From positions 496,001-560,000 of the forward strand of contig RDEW01000014.1 of the NCBI GenBank assembly GCA_011109175.1: 64,000 nt of DNA, read 5' to 3'. A program made the position numbers and the translations under genes. Under the pieces are notes generated by a model. The model had not been told where the DNA came from. It saw only the letters and a list, made by a program, of their open reading frames with translations, and did no database searches. Shown here piece by piece: positions 11,451 to 24,719 of this stretch; positions within the stretch are counted from its first letter, which is position 1; each line of letters starts with the position of its first letter. The stretch comes from Dicyema japonicum (Eukaryota; Animalia; Dicyemida).

Positions 11451-13381
11451 AAAGTTGTTCAGCGCCTAATCAATCAATGCGTGACAGTAACCAGAGCTAT
11501 TCGAGATATCCCTGCAATTGGGTTTCTAAGCCAATTTTCAAAAACCAAATATATGTTGGATGCTTTGTAATGCTATGAGTTCATTATTAAGTATGTCACT
11601 GCATTTACTCCCATAACTAAGACGACAAGACTAATGCATCACGAGGGATCTCAGAACTATCAAAGGACTAGAACCACACCATTTGAGGTTAAAGGCGAAG
11701 CAAATAAATTAATAGAAACCAGTGAAGCAAACAAAAACTAGGGGAGTTCAAACGCGTTTTTCTTCAGTGAACAGAAAAATCGAAGTTAATGACGTTACCC
11801 AGGTCAAAGAAGTGATGAATAGAAATGACTTCATCAATTCAAAAGCTCTTTACGTACCTGAAAAAAGTGTAGAACAACCAAGGTGGGGATTCATAAGGCC
11901 AAAAAATAAAGACGTTCGTGAATGTGCTGCGTCATGCCTTACATGGGGAAAGGTAGACCTCCCATTTACCGCCACTAAACTTTTGAATCATTTCTAAAAA
12001 ATATTTTCTCAGTCATTAATTAGTTTTATATTTTAGGTTTCAGATATTAATTATGAATTTTTATATTTAAAATAATTTTGAAGCAACATACATCTTCAGT
12101 TAGCAGGTCCGGAAGAAGGGGAGCTACCACATGTAACGATATGGCGGGAGAATAAAATGGTTATTTTTCATAGCCATTGGCACTGGGCATCGCCCAAATA
12201 GGAGAGCCAAATGTCACCACGCTAACTTATTTTGTTTTCTCCTTCAGGGACTTCCTGTAAAGGCACAAGCGAAGACACTTCTTGGAATTGGAGTCCTTCG
12301 ATTTTCCTCGCATTAGATTAATAGCTGGAGTGAACTTGAAGAATTCCAAAGGCAACACAAGACAAAACAAATCACGTGATCCTGACACGTTACACCAGGA
12401 CCTTATACCTTATCTTGTCCCGATGTTCATCTCTCGAACAAACACAAGTATGTATTTTTCCACCAGATATTCTCCTCTTCGTGGTTCGAGCCCACACAAG
12501 CAACAGTAATTAGACTAAGATTTATTTACTTTGATCTGAAATTAACAAAAAATTAGATTTTAAACAACCCAGGCTCAAAGAATTCAACCAGTTATGGTTT
12601 GGCTATCTAAAATCTAGTATATTGCTTTTATCCACCACGAATGTCTGGAGTAATGAATTCCATCTTTTTAAATAAATTCCTTGATAAAAGTAGAATATCA
12701 TTCATTTCACTAAAACTTTCCAAAAGAATCAATGAACTTTTAATTAGATTTATTTTATTACCAACTTTTCCCGCTCTATTGGATAAATGTTTGGGGAGAT
12801 TCCCTTAATGACAAAAACTGGGCCTCCTCCTTCCGTTTGGATGGATTTCTTCGATTTTAAAAGACTTATCTCTTTCCATCCACAACCACCAAAACTGTGT
12901 ACACTTAATAGTCCACTATAACAAATTCCCGACGTACCTTGAATAACAAAAATAAATCCCGAACCTTGTCAAATACAAAATATGGAATGAAAAGATTTGC
13001 TATCCGCTATTAATCGGTCTCGGTTTACATCCGCAGTTCTCGCTGCAAAAACCTTAATCATTCAGAAATTAGACAAATACAGCATAATCAAGATAAATAT
13101 CAAAGTATATAGCGACAGTACCTCGGAATCTTTGTGTTTCCTTCTATAAACCACATATTTTAACGATGAATAAAAGTAAATTTAAGGTAAAATGCAAAAA
13201 TAAAAGCAGAGTGACAAAAATTATGCCTAAAAATATGAAAATTTTATGAAGTTTCATGACAAATCATCAGTTTCTTCGATTCCAAACCTTGCATGACCAA
13301 TTCTTTCCGAAAAAGACTCATTAGGATTACGAATTCCACGATTATTAGGAAAAAATGTATTTCTATTATATATCAAATAAA

Positions 13382-14330
13382 TTACAAGTTATTTTGAAAC
13401 ATTCTACTCTGGTTAACCATATTTGAACAGTTGGCGCCAAATTTTGTCGGAATAATGTTTTGAGATGGAAAGTTATAGCATCCATGATTCAAATGATCTA
13501 ATCCATTGGACTTGAAATTCAATAATTGATCATTTATAGCACTTTTCATGCATTTTAAGCTTCTATCCATCGATTCATACTGCAGTCTCAATTCCAGACT
13601 ATAAGGCATCTAAAAATAACTAGCATGTAGAACATTTATGAGTGAATTTTTGATAAAATTTAACTGGTGGATGCAGTTTATCGCATTTTCAATCAAATCT
13701 GGGCAATTAGTGATGACCATTGAGTAGTCGCTCTCGCTGACGAGTCCATGGTGGATAGCCTGTTTCACTACATCACAGTATTTTTCCATATGGTTGCTGA
13801 TATCCAAAGAAGATAGTGACTGAGGTAAAAAAATAAGGTAGACATATGACATAATTGGCAAAATAGGTCGCTTAGTTCTCGTTCTGTCATATTCTGATGT
13901 CACGTGGTTTGAATACTAAATTAATTAATCTAAAAGCCAACAAAATTTTCACTGTAAGGGTGTTTTGGCTTAGTTCTAACATAAATTAGCCTAGAAACCT
14001 AAAGTCAGTAAAATTCTTATTTCTATTGTCCTCAAATTGGTCCATAAAATTACTCGGACGAGTCCCAGTCCAAAAGGATAGACCGTTAGGTGGAGCAACC
14101 GGCAAATGAGCGTTAATATTCTATCGGCATTAAAAAGACCAAACGTGATCCTGCGAGCTATTTCCCAGATCCTTGAAATTTCTCTTGATGTACTTTTGGC
14201 TAAAAATGAGGTCGACGAGATCTACTCGGTTATCGTGAGCATTTAAGAAACTGTCCTCTTCCATCTAAAATACCCTGCCAAATATGCAACCAGCGCGGTT
14301 TCTGGTTAAAATCAATCAATTAGCTAAATT
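13382..14330 (-). CDS. Unknown multi-exon gene
   Basis: Adjacent same-strand ORFs 13610-13903 and 13382-13609 plus an upstream open frame at ~14000-14290, separated by AT-rich intron-like gaps; no family recognised. Confidence 0.4.
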
Positions 14331-14644
14331 AAGAAAGCAAATTGCGTCAAATAATTGATTATTAAACAGCAGTGAGACTGTCGCCTAAATACAATATTTT
14401 GAGCAAGTCAGCTTAATGACCATTGGAACAAGTCACTTTTAATGGGGATTTGTAAATTGTAAATTTAAAGCAACAGCGTGTTAAATTGAACGAACTTTTA
14501 CTGCAGTGTCGGAAGATATTAAATTTATTTAAATTTTTAATTTTGTTAAACATTAAAACTTAAAAAATAAATAATATTTATTTCTCAGCTATCAGCTATC
14601 CATAAGTGATTCAAATTCTATAGTAAAATTTAACACAAGAAGCA

Positions 14645-15073
14645 GTTAGTTAGTTAAGTAACCCAGCCTCACTAACTTGCAGGAGGCCAGCAGCTATTAA
14701 GTAGTACGGAGCAGATGTGATCGGTCAGTTCCGGCATTGTGGAAAAATGTTGTGCCAATTCATGACATTGAAATAGGTGATTTGTTGTCTGCACGTGGAG
14801 GTTGCAAAAAGGGCAGAGTACATCATAAGCTGGTAGATATGGGTGGTGCCCACATCGTAGACGAGCCTGGTTTACTCGCACGTCCCTTAAAAGAGAGGAT
14901 TCTGAGTGCTCTATTGGAGGAGGGGGTCGCTGTAATATTTTATTGTCTCCGAGTCTTCGGATGCTTCTCGTAGAAACAAAATCGTGTATCTGTTTCAGAC
15001 GACTCCTGTCATTGGGGATGGAAGGAATGGATGATAACATTAGAGACAGGCTGGGGTTACTTAACTAACTAAC
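14645..15073 (-). mobile_element. 5'-truncated LINE 3' end (C-terminal CCHC domain) bounded by inverted copies of its own 3' terminus
   Basis: ORF 14672-15040 has NKIL.RPPPP and RLRCGH..CPFC....TNHLFQC; 25/26-bp inverted repeats at 14645-14669 and 15048-15073. Confidence 0.8.
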
Positions 15074-15079
15074 AGGAGC

Positions 15080-16540
15080 ACATGAAGTCTGATACACTAT
15101 CATCACGCAGGAAACTATCAGAACCACTTTTCTTTCGGAGAGAGGTGAGGGATCACCACATTTTGCAAAAACGACATACTCTTATGGACCAGACAACATT
15201 CCTGTTATTTATTAAAAAATCTTAAAGACGGGGGAGTCACTTTTCTAACATCGATTTTCAACTATTCGATTAACCAAAATTTGATACCATTATTATGGAA
15301 ACAGGCAATAATACGGCCAATACTGAAACCAGGAAGACCGAGAGATGACCAGCGTCTTTTAGACCGGTGTCACTGCTCCATGTCAAATACCCTAGAGAGG
15401 ATTGTGTTCGAAAGAATAAAAGAATTTTTACCAGAGAGGCCTTTTCAACACGGATTCGAAAGTAAGAGATCCACGTCTACATACTTACAAACATTGACCG
15501 ACTTCATTCGAGTCGGATTCACAACCAAAGAGAGACACTTTAAAATAGTGCTCTGCTCGATTGACATGCATAAAGCTTTTGACTCAGTCTCGAGGAAGAT
15601 TCTATCGAGAAAAATATTTCAATCGAAGAAACCAGGGAAGCTAAAGCTTTGGATCACCAACTTTTTAAGTGGACGAAGGGGACGTGTTTGTTTCGGAGGT
15701 TTGAAATCAATTTCACTTCTCCTCTTCAACGGAATCCCTCAAGGATCTCCTTTATCCCCTGCTCTGTTTAACCTCGTTCTGGCCGATCTCCCGACTTTTG
15801 AATCTGATAATGATGTTCTACTTTCCTATGCGGATGATATTGTGTTGGCTTCGTGACTCAAGACATCCAGAAGGCCACAGAAAAATACAAATTAACCTGG
15901 ACAGACTTAATGCCTGGATAATGGAAAATCGGCTCGTGGTGAATGCAGAAAAAGTTGTCTATTTCACTATTTACCTCTGATAAAAAAATTGGGAAAAAGG
16001 ACAGCCACCTTGAAGTTAAACAAGGTCGACATCCCTTTCAACAGATGTCAAAGGATGTTGGGTGTTACAATTGATATGCATCTCTGTCTGACACCATACA
16101 TAGAAAACATTCTATTAAAATGCGAGAAGAAACTGAACGTATTGAAAAGTTTATCGGGAATATGGAAGAGTGGTACTCACCCAATCTTGATGAACGTGTA
16201 AAAATAGTACATCGAGCCATGTCTCTCATATGCATGTGCCTTGGGGACCGTCCATATCTTGGACAAATGTGAGGAAAATTGAGGAAATGCAAAAGAGGGT
16301 TTACAGAGTAACGGAATGTTGGATTTGTGAAGATCACCGAACCGGACCTACGCCTCTGGAGGCCCATATGAGACTAGACTCCAGATCACGGGAGGTGACC
16401 CTGAAAATTCAGGCAGCCGTCCTGTACGTTCATGCGCGGGCACGAATGAAGAACACCGGGAAAAGATAAAGTCTCTGCTAGAATGCATCGGGATCACGTG
16501 ATAACTAGTTTGGTTTTACCGTGGTCTTGGGTTGTTAAAT
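15080..16540 (+). mobile_element. Jockey/I-like LINE ORF2 (RT) remnant
   Basis: PLLWKQAIIRPILKPG, FQHGF, IDMHKAFDSV, GIPQGSPLSPALFN, YADD; frameshifted downstream. Confidence 0.95.
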
Positions 16541-16639
16541 AAAAAAACATAAATTCGCGGAAGGTGTTGACTCTTATTGCACGAAAAGTCTCCATCTTCT
16601 CATGATTGTTGTACTATCTCATTTCTCTTTTTATGCTCA

Positions 16640-17990
16640 TACATAAATTTGACTAAGGTGATATTGAATACATGAAGCTTTGGGACTAAGAAAGCATTGG
16701 ATACAATGATGTCTTGAATTAGAATTCCGACTGGCTTTAATTGAGGAATTCGCACGATTATCTTCTATATTGAGGGGGAACAAGTGAAGTATTATTAATC
16801 GACCTGCCTGTTAATTAATTGTGGAAATATTGATTTGGTAACATGGATCTATTACTCGAATATATCTGCCGCTTTATAGAGGATGTGATCTCTGTAGCCG
16901 AACCTCAAAAGGGTTAGCTGACGAACTAAGGATGCATGGTCAATACGAAGCTTATGTAACTGACAAAACGTCGGGTATGACACTTCCAATAGTCGGGAAT
17001 GTAATAGAAAAAAACTTCTCTTCAAAGACAAATTTGGAATACAGTAATCGAACTTCAAAAGCGCTGAAGAAAGGAAATGGGGTTAATAACACACTTGATA
17101 ATAGGTTTATCAAAAATAAATTTTCTTTATTACTCATTATAACCACCAGGGAAAAAACAGAAAGGACAGAGATAAGACGAATGAACAACTCACTCGAAGA
17201 AAAATGGAGACACATAAAAAAATTAGCTCTCTACTAGGAGATAGCGAAGACATCATACGGAGAAAAACATTGGCAAATGCGACATTACAAAGGCTGAAAA
17301 ATCTTTGGCCAAAACGGAAAGGATATAACATAAAACAAAGGATTATGTTATACGTCACTTTCATCAAACCAATCCTACTATACAACTCTGGGACTTGGGC
17401 CACCTCTAAAGAGGATTTGGAGAGGCTCAACTCATTTCACAGAAATCATCTAAGAAACATAACTGGAATGTCCTGGCCATCCAAGATCTCGCGGAATGGA
17501 CTGTACAATAAATGTGATTGTATACCATTAAGCCACGAGATCATTAGCTCTCGTTGGAGACTTTTTGGACACGTCCTGAGGTTGGTTCTACGATTAGTTA
17601 AAATTAACTGTTCTTTACTTAAATAAAGTGTGTCCTGCCTATGCGGAGCTATAAATACTATGGCTCTCGTGAAAAGGCTTTTTAAAAAATGCGGAGCTAT
17701 AAATATTATGGCTCTCGTGAAAGTGCTAATAATAATAATAATAACCACCAGCTCCTCATAACGGCCAGTTTTTTTCGAAATTTCAAAATTAGCGGTAAGA
17801 GGTATCTTCTGTAAGTAATTTCTTTTAGCGCATCGTTCTCCGATTCCGTGAACGACAAAGACCACCTTATTGATAGTTCTGGATGGTGATCTCCAAAAAT
17901 TGGAAGGTGTCTTAGAGAAGGAAAAGACTTGGGTATATTGCGGGGGTTTGCTCGCAACAAGAACAAATAGAGGAAAACGACTTTGTTGTT
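16640..17990 (-). pseudogene. Unknown intron-containing gene fragment interrupted by an RTE insertion; paralogue at 28600-29420
   Basis: ORFs 16852-17058 and 17706-17966 recur at 28829-29035 and 29076-29411, where they are contiguous. Confidence 0.45.
17150..17740 (+). mobile_element. 5'-truncated RTE joined to the SINE-like unit, (TAA)n tail, 11-bp TSD
   Basis: ORF 17204-17626 (PILLYNSGTW..RWRLFGHVLRL); TSD ataaccaccag at 17139-17149 and 17741-17751; empty site at ~29110-29130. Confidence 0.9.
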
Positions 17991-18399
17991 AGTCTATCGT
18001 GTTGCGCATACTTTGGATGATCATTGAATATCGAAAGTGCATCACGAGACAGTGGGCATTTCCGAGATGACAAAGTGTGTTTAGAAGTTCAAAAGATAAA
18101 ATGGACGAGATTTTAAAATGGAATTTATTCTATTCAACTCCTGGACAGGGCAAAAATGTCATTTTACCCCAATTTTGTGAAAGGGAATGTGCAACCTTTT
18201 ATAAGTGATGACGATTTCCACGTGTCCTGAACCTAAGTTTGATGTATAAAATGTCATTTTCACCTATTTTTAGTTTATAATTTTTGAGACCTCATTTTGG
18301 CCCGATGCTCCTTCCTCAAGTCCATACAAGCTACACAATCCCAGTTTTTACAGATTAAAGATTCCGGAGGAATTTTTTTAATTTATTAACGCCGGATAC

Positions 18400-18530
18400 A
18401 CCGAGAAAGAAGTTAACGGTAAACAACTAGTTAAATGTATCCAGTTTCCACTATTACAGAAACAGAGTCCTTCAATGTCACACATGTCCATACAGAACCA
18501 GCATAAAAGGTAAAAGACGTTCATCCCATC
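18400..18530 (-). other. Short Cys/His-rich open frame (PHD/RINGv-like spacing)
   Basis: MNVFYLLCWFCMDMCDIEGLCFCNSGNWIHLTSCL; WDCVAC lies further downstream after stops; a decayed homologue lies inside the hAT at ~55235-55345. Confidence 0.35.
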
Positions 18531-18569
18531 CGTGTAGTGGAGGAGAGCAAATGGATTTTTTTAGTAACA

Positions 18570-19560
18570 GCCTGGCACTGGGCGTCACTTGAGAGGTAAA
18601 TCACATGACGACACTCTAGTAGAAAGGAGTAGTGGAGAAACAGACAAAACAAACAGAAAACTTCAACCAATTCCGGGGGCATTGGAGAGGGAAATATCAC
18701 GGATAATTTATCATTAATTAACTATTAATAATAAAACGTATGGTCATGTGGTGAGTAATTGTATCATCATGGAACGTCGTTCATACAATGGAGCAACAAA
18801 CATTACACCCAAGAGACTGCACACTACATACTCTACATGCGGTTTTGCCAATGCACGCAAATATGGACTCAATCAGGATCCAAGGAAAGCCAGGAAGATC
18901 CCAATCAGGATCCCAAGACCCGTCCGGATCCCCGCGGCTACATGCCTGGCCTCTGCAATTGACGATGCTCTCACGTCCGAGGACATGGAGGTCTGGCTAA
19001 AACTCTTCAGTTTTGCTCCGATGGCCCTTGGAATTCTATTTATTGACTCAAAAGGAGATCAACTGAATAGAGGAAAGCACGACACTTGGGAACTCCCTTT
19101 CTTCAAAAATGAAGAAGAACATCCAGGTTTTCTATGTGCTTTCTCTCACAAAAACGGAAGTCAAGAAATTAAGACATTCTGATTCCAATCCTCCGGTTTA
19201 TTTGAGTGGCCGGAGAAACTTAAAGAGAAAGTGAACCGCAAACTATTCGAAGGCGACGTCCGAGTGGCGTTGCGCGTCGTCGCCAGCGGCGAAACTGTTA
19301 TGGCTGCGACACCTGAGGTGCTGGAAATACTCAGACATAAACATCCATGTGCTCCGGAAGATTACCGCCCATTCGTGCTTCCGGGAAATTTTTCAAGAAT
19401 GACCGTCACCGAAAGCGAAGTGCGACGCGGCATTTCGTCGTTTGCGGCAAGTAGCAGTGGAGGTATCGATGGCTTGCGGCCGGGTCATATCACGAATCTT
19501 ACGGCGGGGGCTACTGCATAAGCTGACTGCAACATTGTCAAATCAATTACAAAACTGGTT
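18570..19560 (+). mobile_element. CRE-clade non-LTR retrotransposon, 5' part
   Basis: KLFEGDVRVALRV...LEILRHKHP...SFAASSSGGIDGLRPGHI is typical of the region upstream of CRE RT. Confidence 0.8.
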
Positions 19561-19564
19561 ATGC

Positions 19565-19745
19565 GTAAGATCCATATTAATATCGTGTTGATGGTAGATC
19601 ATAAGGTTTTTACCAATTGTTACCGACAATTTTTTTGAAAGCTCACCGCTTAATCACTCTTGGCTTTTTGTAAAGTAAAGCATGAAATGATTAAGTATCT
19701 CACTATGCCATGGTCATGACAAAACTTTTGCTAACCTAGAAACCT
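19565..19745 (+). pseudogene. Expanded family, terminal CHGHD exons (copy a)
   Basis: Near-identical to 22730-22853 and to the reverse complements of 38865-39000 and 58535-58680. Confidence 0.7.
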
Positions 19746-19850
19746 AGGTCATCTTCCACAACTTGCCTCTCTTATAAGCAAGCTCCCGTAGTCCATACAG
19801 ATACTCGTTGTCTCTGAGGCGTCTCCTAATCTTTTGGAAGTCATTGGAAA
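19745..19850 (-). mobile_element. RTE 3' fragment abutting the family gene
   Basis: QKIRRRLRDNEYLYGLRELAY; the same junction recurs at ~37120-37290 and 58370-58520. Confidence 0.75.
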
Positions 19851-22800
19851 TTCGTACGCCTCTTTTTATTACGAGTAGGAAGTCTAATCTTGGTACAGTC
19901 CGTTGATTTCCAAGAACGTCGATGCCTTTTGGGATTTAATGGCATATGTGTTTCGAGTCCTTAGAGGATGCAACACTCCAAAATTTGTTGCTCTCCCAAA
20001 TTTGTACCACAGTACCACAGCTTTATAACTCTCCCAAATTTGTCGGCTAATAAACTTTTTTTGCAAAAATAAATTAATAAAAATCGCCTAAGTGATAATT
20101 TAAAATTTTTTTATATAAATTGTTTACTTTTATAAATTTTTCGTATTTGTCCTTAAATTCCAAATATGTGATATTTTGTGGTTTTTCATATACAAAATTC
20201 TAATAAAATATAATACATTTTTTAAATTAATCCATTAATTCGCTATATAAATGAAAAAGTACGTTTTCAGCCAAGCTTCGGTAAAGAAATGAAGAGATCT
20301 AAATCAGCTGATGATGTTGCAAAGTCGACGGATACAGAACTAAAGAAGAGTAATTCAGATCAAAAAATAAATGGTGAAATTTGGTTATTTTTTAAATTAG
20401 AATCTGATTTGAAGGATTAATGACTAATTTATTACATTCTTTATTTGGACTAAACATTAACTAATAGTAAAATTCTAAACTTTTACATTCTTATATAATA
20501 GGTGATTTTTAAAAATTTAATTTTGCATAAATTCTAATCAATATTAGGAAAGTATATTCTACACTGTTTTTTGTGCGACTGCTGGTAGATCTATCTCATT
20601 CATTTTGCAATCTGAAAATAAAATAGTTATGTTGTGAAAAATAGTCAATCTATCAGTCTTACTCTTCTTCTCTAACTAAACTAATTAAGACATAATAAAG
20701 ATTGTAAATTCTTGTTTCGGTCGGATACTATATTTTAACAAAAAACTAGTAATAAATATATTCCCGGACAGGAAGAACACAAACTTTATTATAGTAAAGA
20801 AAAGTTAATCTTAAGAAAGTGGTTCAAAATGTTCTTCACTATTTTTGGTTTTGTCACATGTGGTTCCGAGTAGACGCTACAGTCCACAGTGGAGTATTTA
20901 CTAATGACGTCGTCACTCGTCAATCCAAAAGATATGTGGAACCTTCAGGTGAATTGTAAAGCAGCTAGATTCTAACTTGGAACAACCAGGATTATGTCCT
21001 GCACTTATAGCATTTCACTATATTTTTACTAAGATGATTTTTTCTAAGGTTTGATAATAAATGGGTTGAAAACAATTTTTGATATCAAAACAATATCTTC
21101 TCAAGTCCTCGAGTGAGAGAGAAGAAATCACGGTTATGACTGGCCTCTGAGTTGAAAAGTCCATATTCTACTTCCAAAAATATTTCAAACATAATATCTT
21201 TAATTTAGGAACAATTCACTATATGAAATATATCAATTTTGTGGTTTATAAAACAAACTAATATTTTCTTTGTTGTTAATATTATGTGGTTATGGCTAAA
21301 TCATTCAGATCTGTAAAATCATCACTCAAGGGTAAACCATAAAGTAAATATTATTTCTTGATTTTTTAAAATTTATCCATGTTCTTACAGGGTTCTTATG
21401 TTCCTTCTAAAATTTATCTCAAAAAGGGTCATACATTTTGTAACAAAATATAAACTTAACCTGATGAAGTGCTCTCATATCTATACAATAAAATTATAAA
21501 ACTATTTGTGTGTTAGTGTATGTGCACGTAGTATCGATTTTTGTACACATTTTCCCAAAATGGGATAAAAATAATATTTTTTGACATTAAAGACCATGAC
21601 CAGTAGTCATAAGCCGATTCTTCTATGGTTAGATAAAACTGTGAAAGGTTAGTGGAACTCTCAAAAATCTTATAGATGTTTCAAAAAACGCACAAAAGTA
21701 TCTGGGAGTTATCTACAAAGATACCATGTGGCATAGAAAACTTCTTTAGGGACACGTTCTGGTAAAAGTTGATTGACGAACCCTATCGTTTTCTAATTCC
21801 CCTTAACTAAATTACCAGTGTTTACCATAATATTAACTCATTAACTATAACTGGCGATCGAGTGAGAAGATTTCAAAATATCTTTCGCAAAAATGCGATA
21901 AAGCAACAAAATTGATCCTATCTGCCTTTTATATAAATTATATTATTCGATGATGTTTAATCAACGTGGTTAAATGATTCGATGTTTCCTGTGTTCAGAA
22001 CTTTAGGTTACCGATCTTTTAGAGCTTGTCACCTCGTCTGTGGTCACAAGAAAAGAAAGACTTTCTTCTATTCTGAAGCTATCAAAATTGCTGATTTTAT
22101 AAACGCATGCTTAAATCTGATAAAACAGGAGAAGGAATAGTTTTTTTATATGTTAATCAAATTTGAAAAAAAAGTCGCAGAATCATTTTACTTTTTGCTC
22201 TACAAATTTGTTTAATACACAGAAACTTCAAAGATTGATAAAGTGATTATCAGCAAGCAGTCTTCTCTTAATTATTCCTGTACTGGGTAATGTAATCATA
22301 TTTAAATAACATTATTGGTCATGTGTTATTCGATATTAAAAATTGTTCGTTTAACAAATAACAAAGAATTGACATTATTATAGAATCTCTACAAAAAGTC
22401 ATTTTACTTTTATAATATTGTAACCAAGTAACAAAAAATACCTAAATATATTTTTGGTCTTTTAAACTTAACGATGTGGCATAGCACTGGCATGTAGATA
22501 TATATTTACGCTGTCAGAGCCAATCCCCGCATCTTATTACTATATTTTGTCTTTATTTCTCGATGATTCTGGGGTTTTAGATAAATGTTATTGGCTGCCA
22601 ATTTTTAATAATTAATTCTTTTTGAAAAAATTCCAAGAACCACGTGAAACAAATTAACAAATCACATGTTCCAAACTTTTGAGTAAATTGTTTATAACCA
22701 ACTAAGTACTTGACGAAGAGCCGAATTAATCGTGTTGATGGTAAATCGCAAGGTTTTTACCAATTGTTTACCGACAATTTTTTTGAAAGCTCACAGCTTA

Positions 22801-22853
22801 ATCACTCTTTGCTTTTTGTAAAGTAAAGCATGAAATAATTAAGTATCTCACTA
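19850..22853 (+). pseudogene. Expanded unknown micro-intron gene family, copy b (segment A 19850-20420, segment B 20540-22853)
   Basis: 24-nt intron 19875-19898 (GTAGGA..CTAAT..CAG) and 27-nt intron 20374-20400 give DPLISKNVDAFWDLMAYVFRVLR and a C-terminus ending TAA at 20420; segment B motifs WFRVDATVHSGVFTNDVVTRQ and GVLDKCYWL; indels relative to other copies. Confidence 0.65.
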
Positions 22854-22871
22854 GCCGCGACGGTAGTCCGT

Positions 22872-23993
22872 TTGAAGATTTATGAACCACGCCACCAACA
22901 ACAGAATAAAAGTGAAAACATATTAAATAAATGTTTTATTTTTTGTTTAATAATATTTAATAATAATAGTTTCTATGTAATGTCTAATAATCTCTTGTAT
23001 ATTAATTATGTTGGAGAATATTTCTATATTATTCAAAGAAAGCTTAAAGATATTAAATTATCAGAAGAAAGGATAAAAGATGGTATTATTAATATTTATT
23101 TAGTTTATGATGATATTGTTGTGAACTGCTTTAATGAGGCATTCTTTGAGGGCTTAGGCAAATTAACTCCTAATAGCCTAATTCAGTATATTAAAACAAA
23201 CGTTAATTCTCGGATAATTAGGGCGACTGAAGATAATATCAATAGAGTGGGAATATGTTAATTACCTAGATTTTCATAATGGCTGTAATGATGACAAAGT
23301 TTATGGTTTTCACTTGCAATGATCGCTTCGACTCTATTCTTACATTAACATACACTCACCTTTACCACATTAAACAAGAATTGAAGAATCCCACTACTAT
23401 AAGCATCGTCGAGAAAGTCAAGTCGACAGTCCTTAAAGTACATATTATTGCATAATAGGCTTTCTCAAAAAAAAGACCGATCGAATTAATATTTATTAGA
23501 TCAAAAATTCTAAATATTTTTATTGACTTTCATTGGAAGATTAATGTTTTGCTAGGTCGATTCCAGGACTATGAAGGAAAATTGTTTGTTTATTCTTCTT
23601 TGGCCAAAGATGCGTCATATCCGACTTTAAAGGATTGTGGCTCTTCGGAAAATGTCTCAAATTTATATCAACCTTATGATTGTACTTCTCTTTATATAGG
23701 AAGAACGATAGATTTGTGAGATTGGGAGTTTATTCGTATTACTTAATTTTATTTTAAGGTATGGAGTAGACACCGAATATGTGAAGAAAGAAAATGTTAG
23801 AATGATTGATCAAAATGATAAATATTTGAATTCATTATTGTCTGGTCTGCAGATTGAGGCTGTGGATGAACAACTTTCATTTGATTTTTTAAATGAAGAT
23901 AACAAAATCACAAAATCTCGTAAACGTGTTGAGAAAACAGACCAGATCGACCAGGATATTGATTTATTAGCATTGATGGATGATATTTCATAG
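22872..23993 (+). CDS. Unknown multi-exon gene C; inverted near-identical copy at 35555-36701
   Basis: ORFs 22872-23261 and 23781-23993 match 36288-36701 and 35555-35767 almost exactly. Confidence 0.5.
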
Positions 23994-24719
23994 TTATAAT
24001 TTTTTAATTTTACGTTCTTGTTAACTTCATCAGTGTCATAAGTACGGGACAGAATTCAAAACCGGTTTGAATCTTGATGTTCCTCATTCCGGCCCAAGGT
24101 TCCATGCATCGATGATGCTTTTTGGATTGCCGAGCGATTACTTCACTGATACCTCACTTTAGAATCTGAATGTCTACAGGGACTCCCGTCAACCAAAAAA
24201 ACGTTAACAGCATTCAGAATCTTCACTTCTTTACGACGATTAATTAGCTTAACTGTTCTTCCTTTTTTTAAATGAAGTTTGTGTCCGACCTAAATAAAGG
24301 AAATATTACTATATTCCTGCTAATGACAATCATTATTGTACACATGTAACTTCTGACAGATGATCCTCCAAGATCTACCAATAATTTCGACAACGTAATA
24401 ATGACGATTAATATGGGAATCTATTTTGGTCGAAGGGAGACTTCATGAAAGTTATTGAGCCAGACTTTTAGAGAAGTCTAAAAAAACAGATACTGTTTAA
24501 AAGTTTAAGCCATAAAGGACCTGTGAGGTAAGAAAACGTTTAGATCATTTTTTAATTTTCCAGCTAATAAAATGTTTCATAATGGTTATCAAAATTCGAG
24601 TTGACACTTTTCTTTCAATCTTTCGCGCAATAATTCTACCTTCACTCGTTTATAGATGCGAAGAGTGGCTTTTCACTCCAAGAATATAAGGGATAATCTA
24701 AATAATCTGGAAGAATGTC

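Noticed and set aside
20846-20860. tgtcacatg in the family gene matches the start of the Ginger TIR
   Set aside because: Only 9 bp and within a coding frame (HMWF); consistent with chance.
19860-21830. In-frame TAA codons conserved across family copies suggested stop-codon reassignment (TAR=Gln)
   Set aside because: The cases examined fall inside plausible micro-introns (e.g. 19875-19898 with GTAGGA donor and CTAAT branch point); UBE2H uses CAA/CAG for Gln with no internal TAR.
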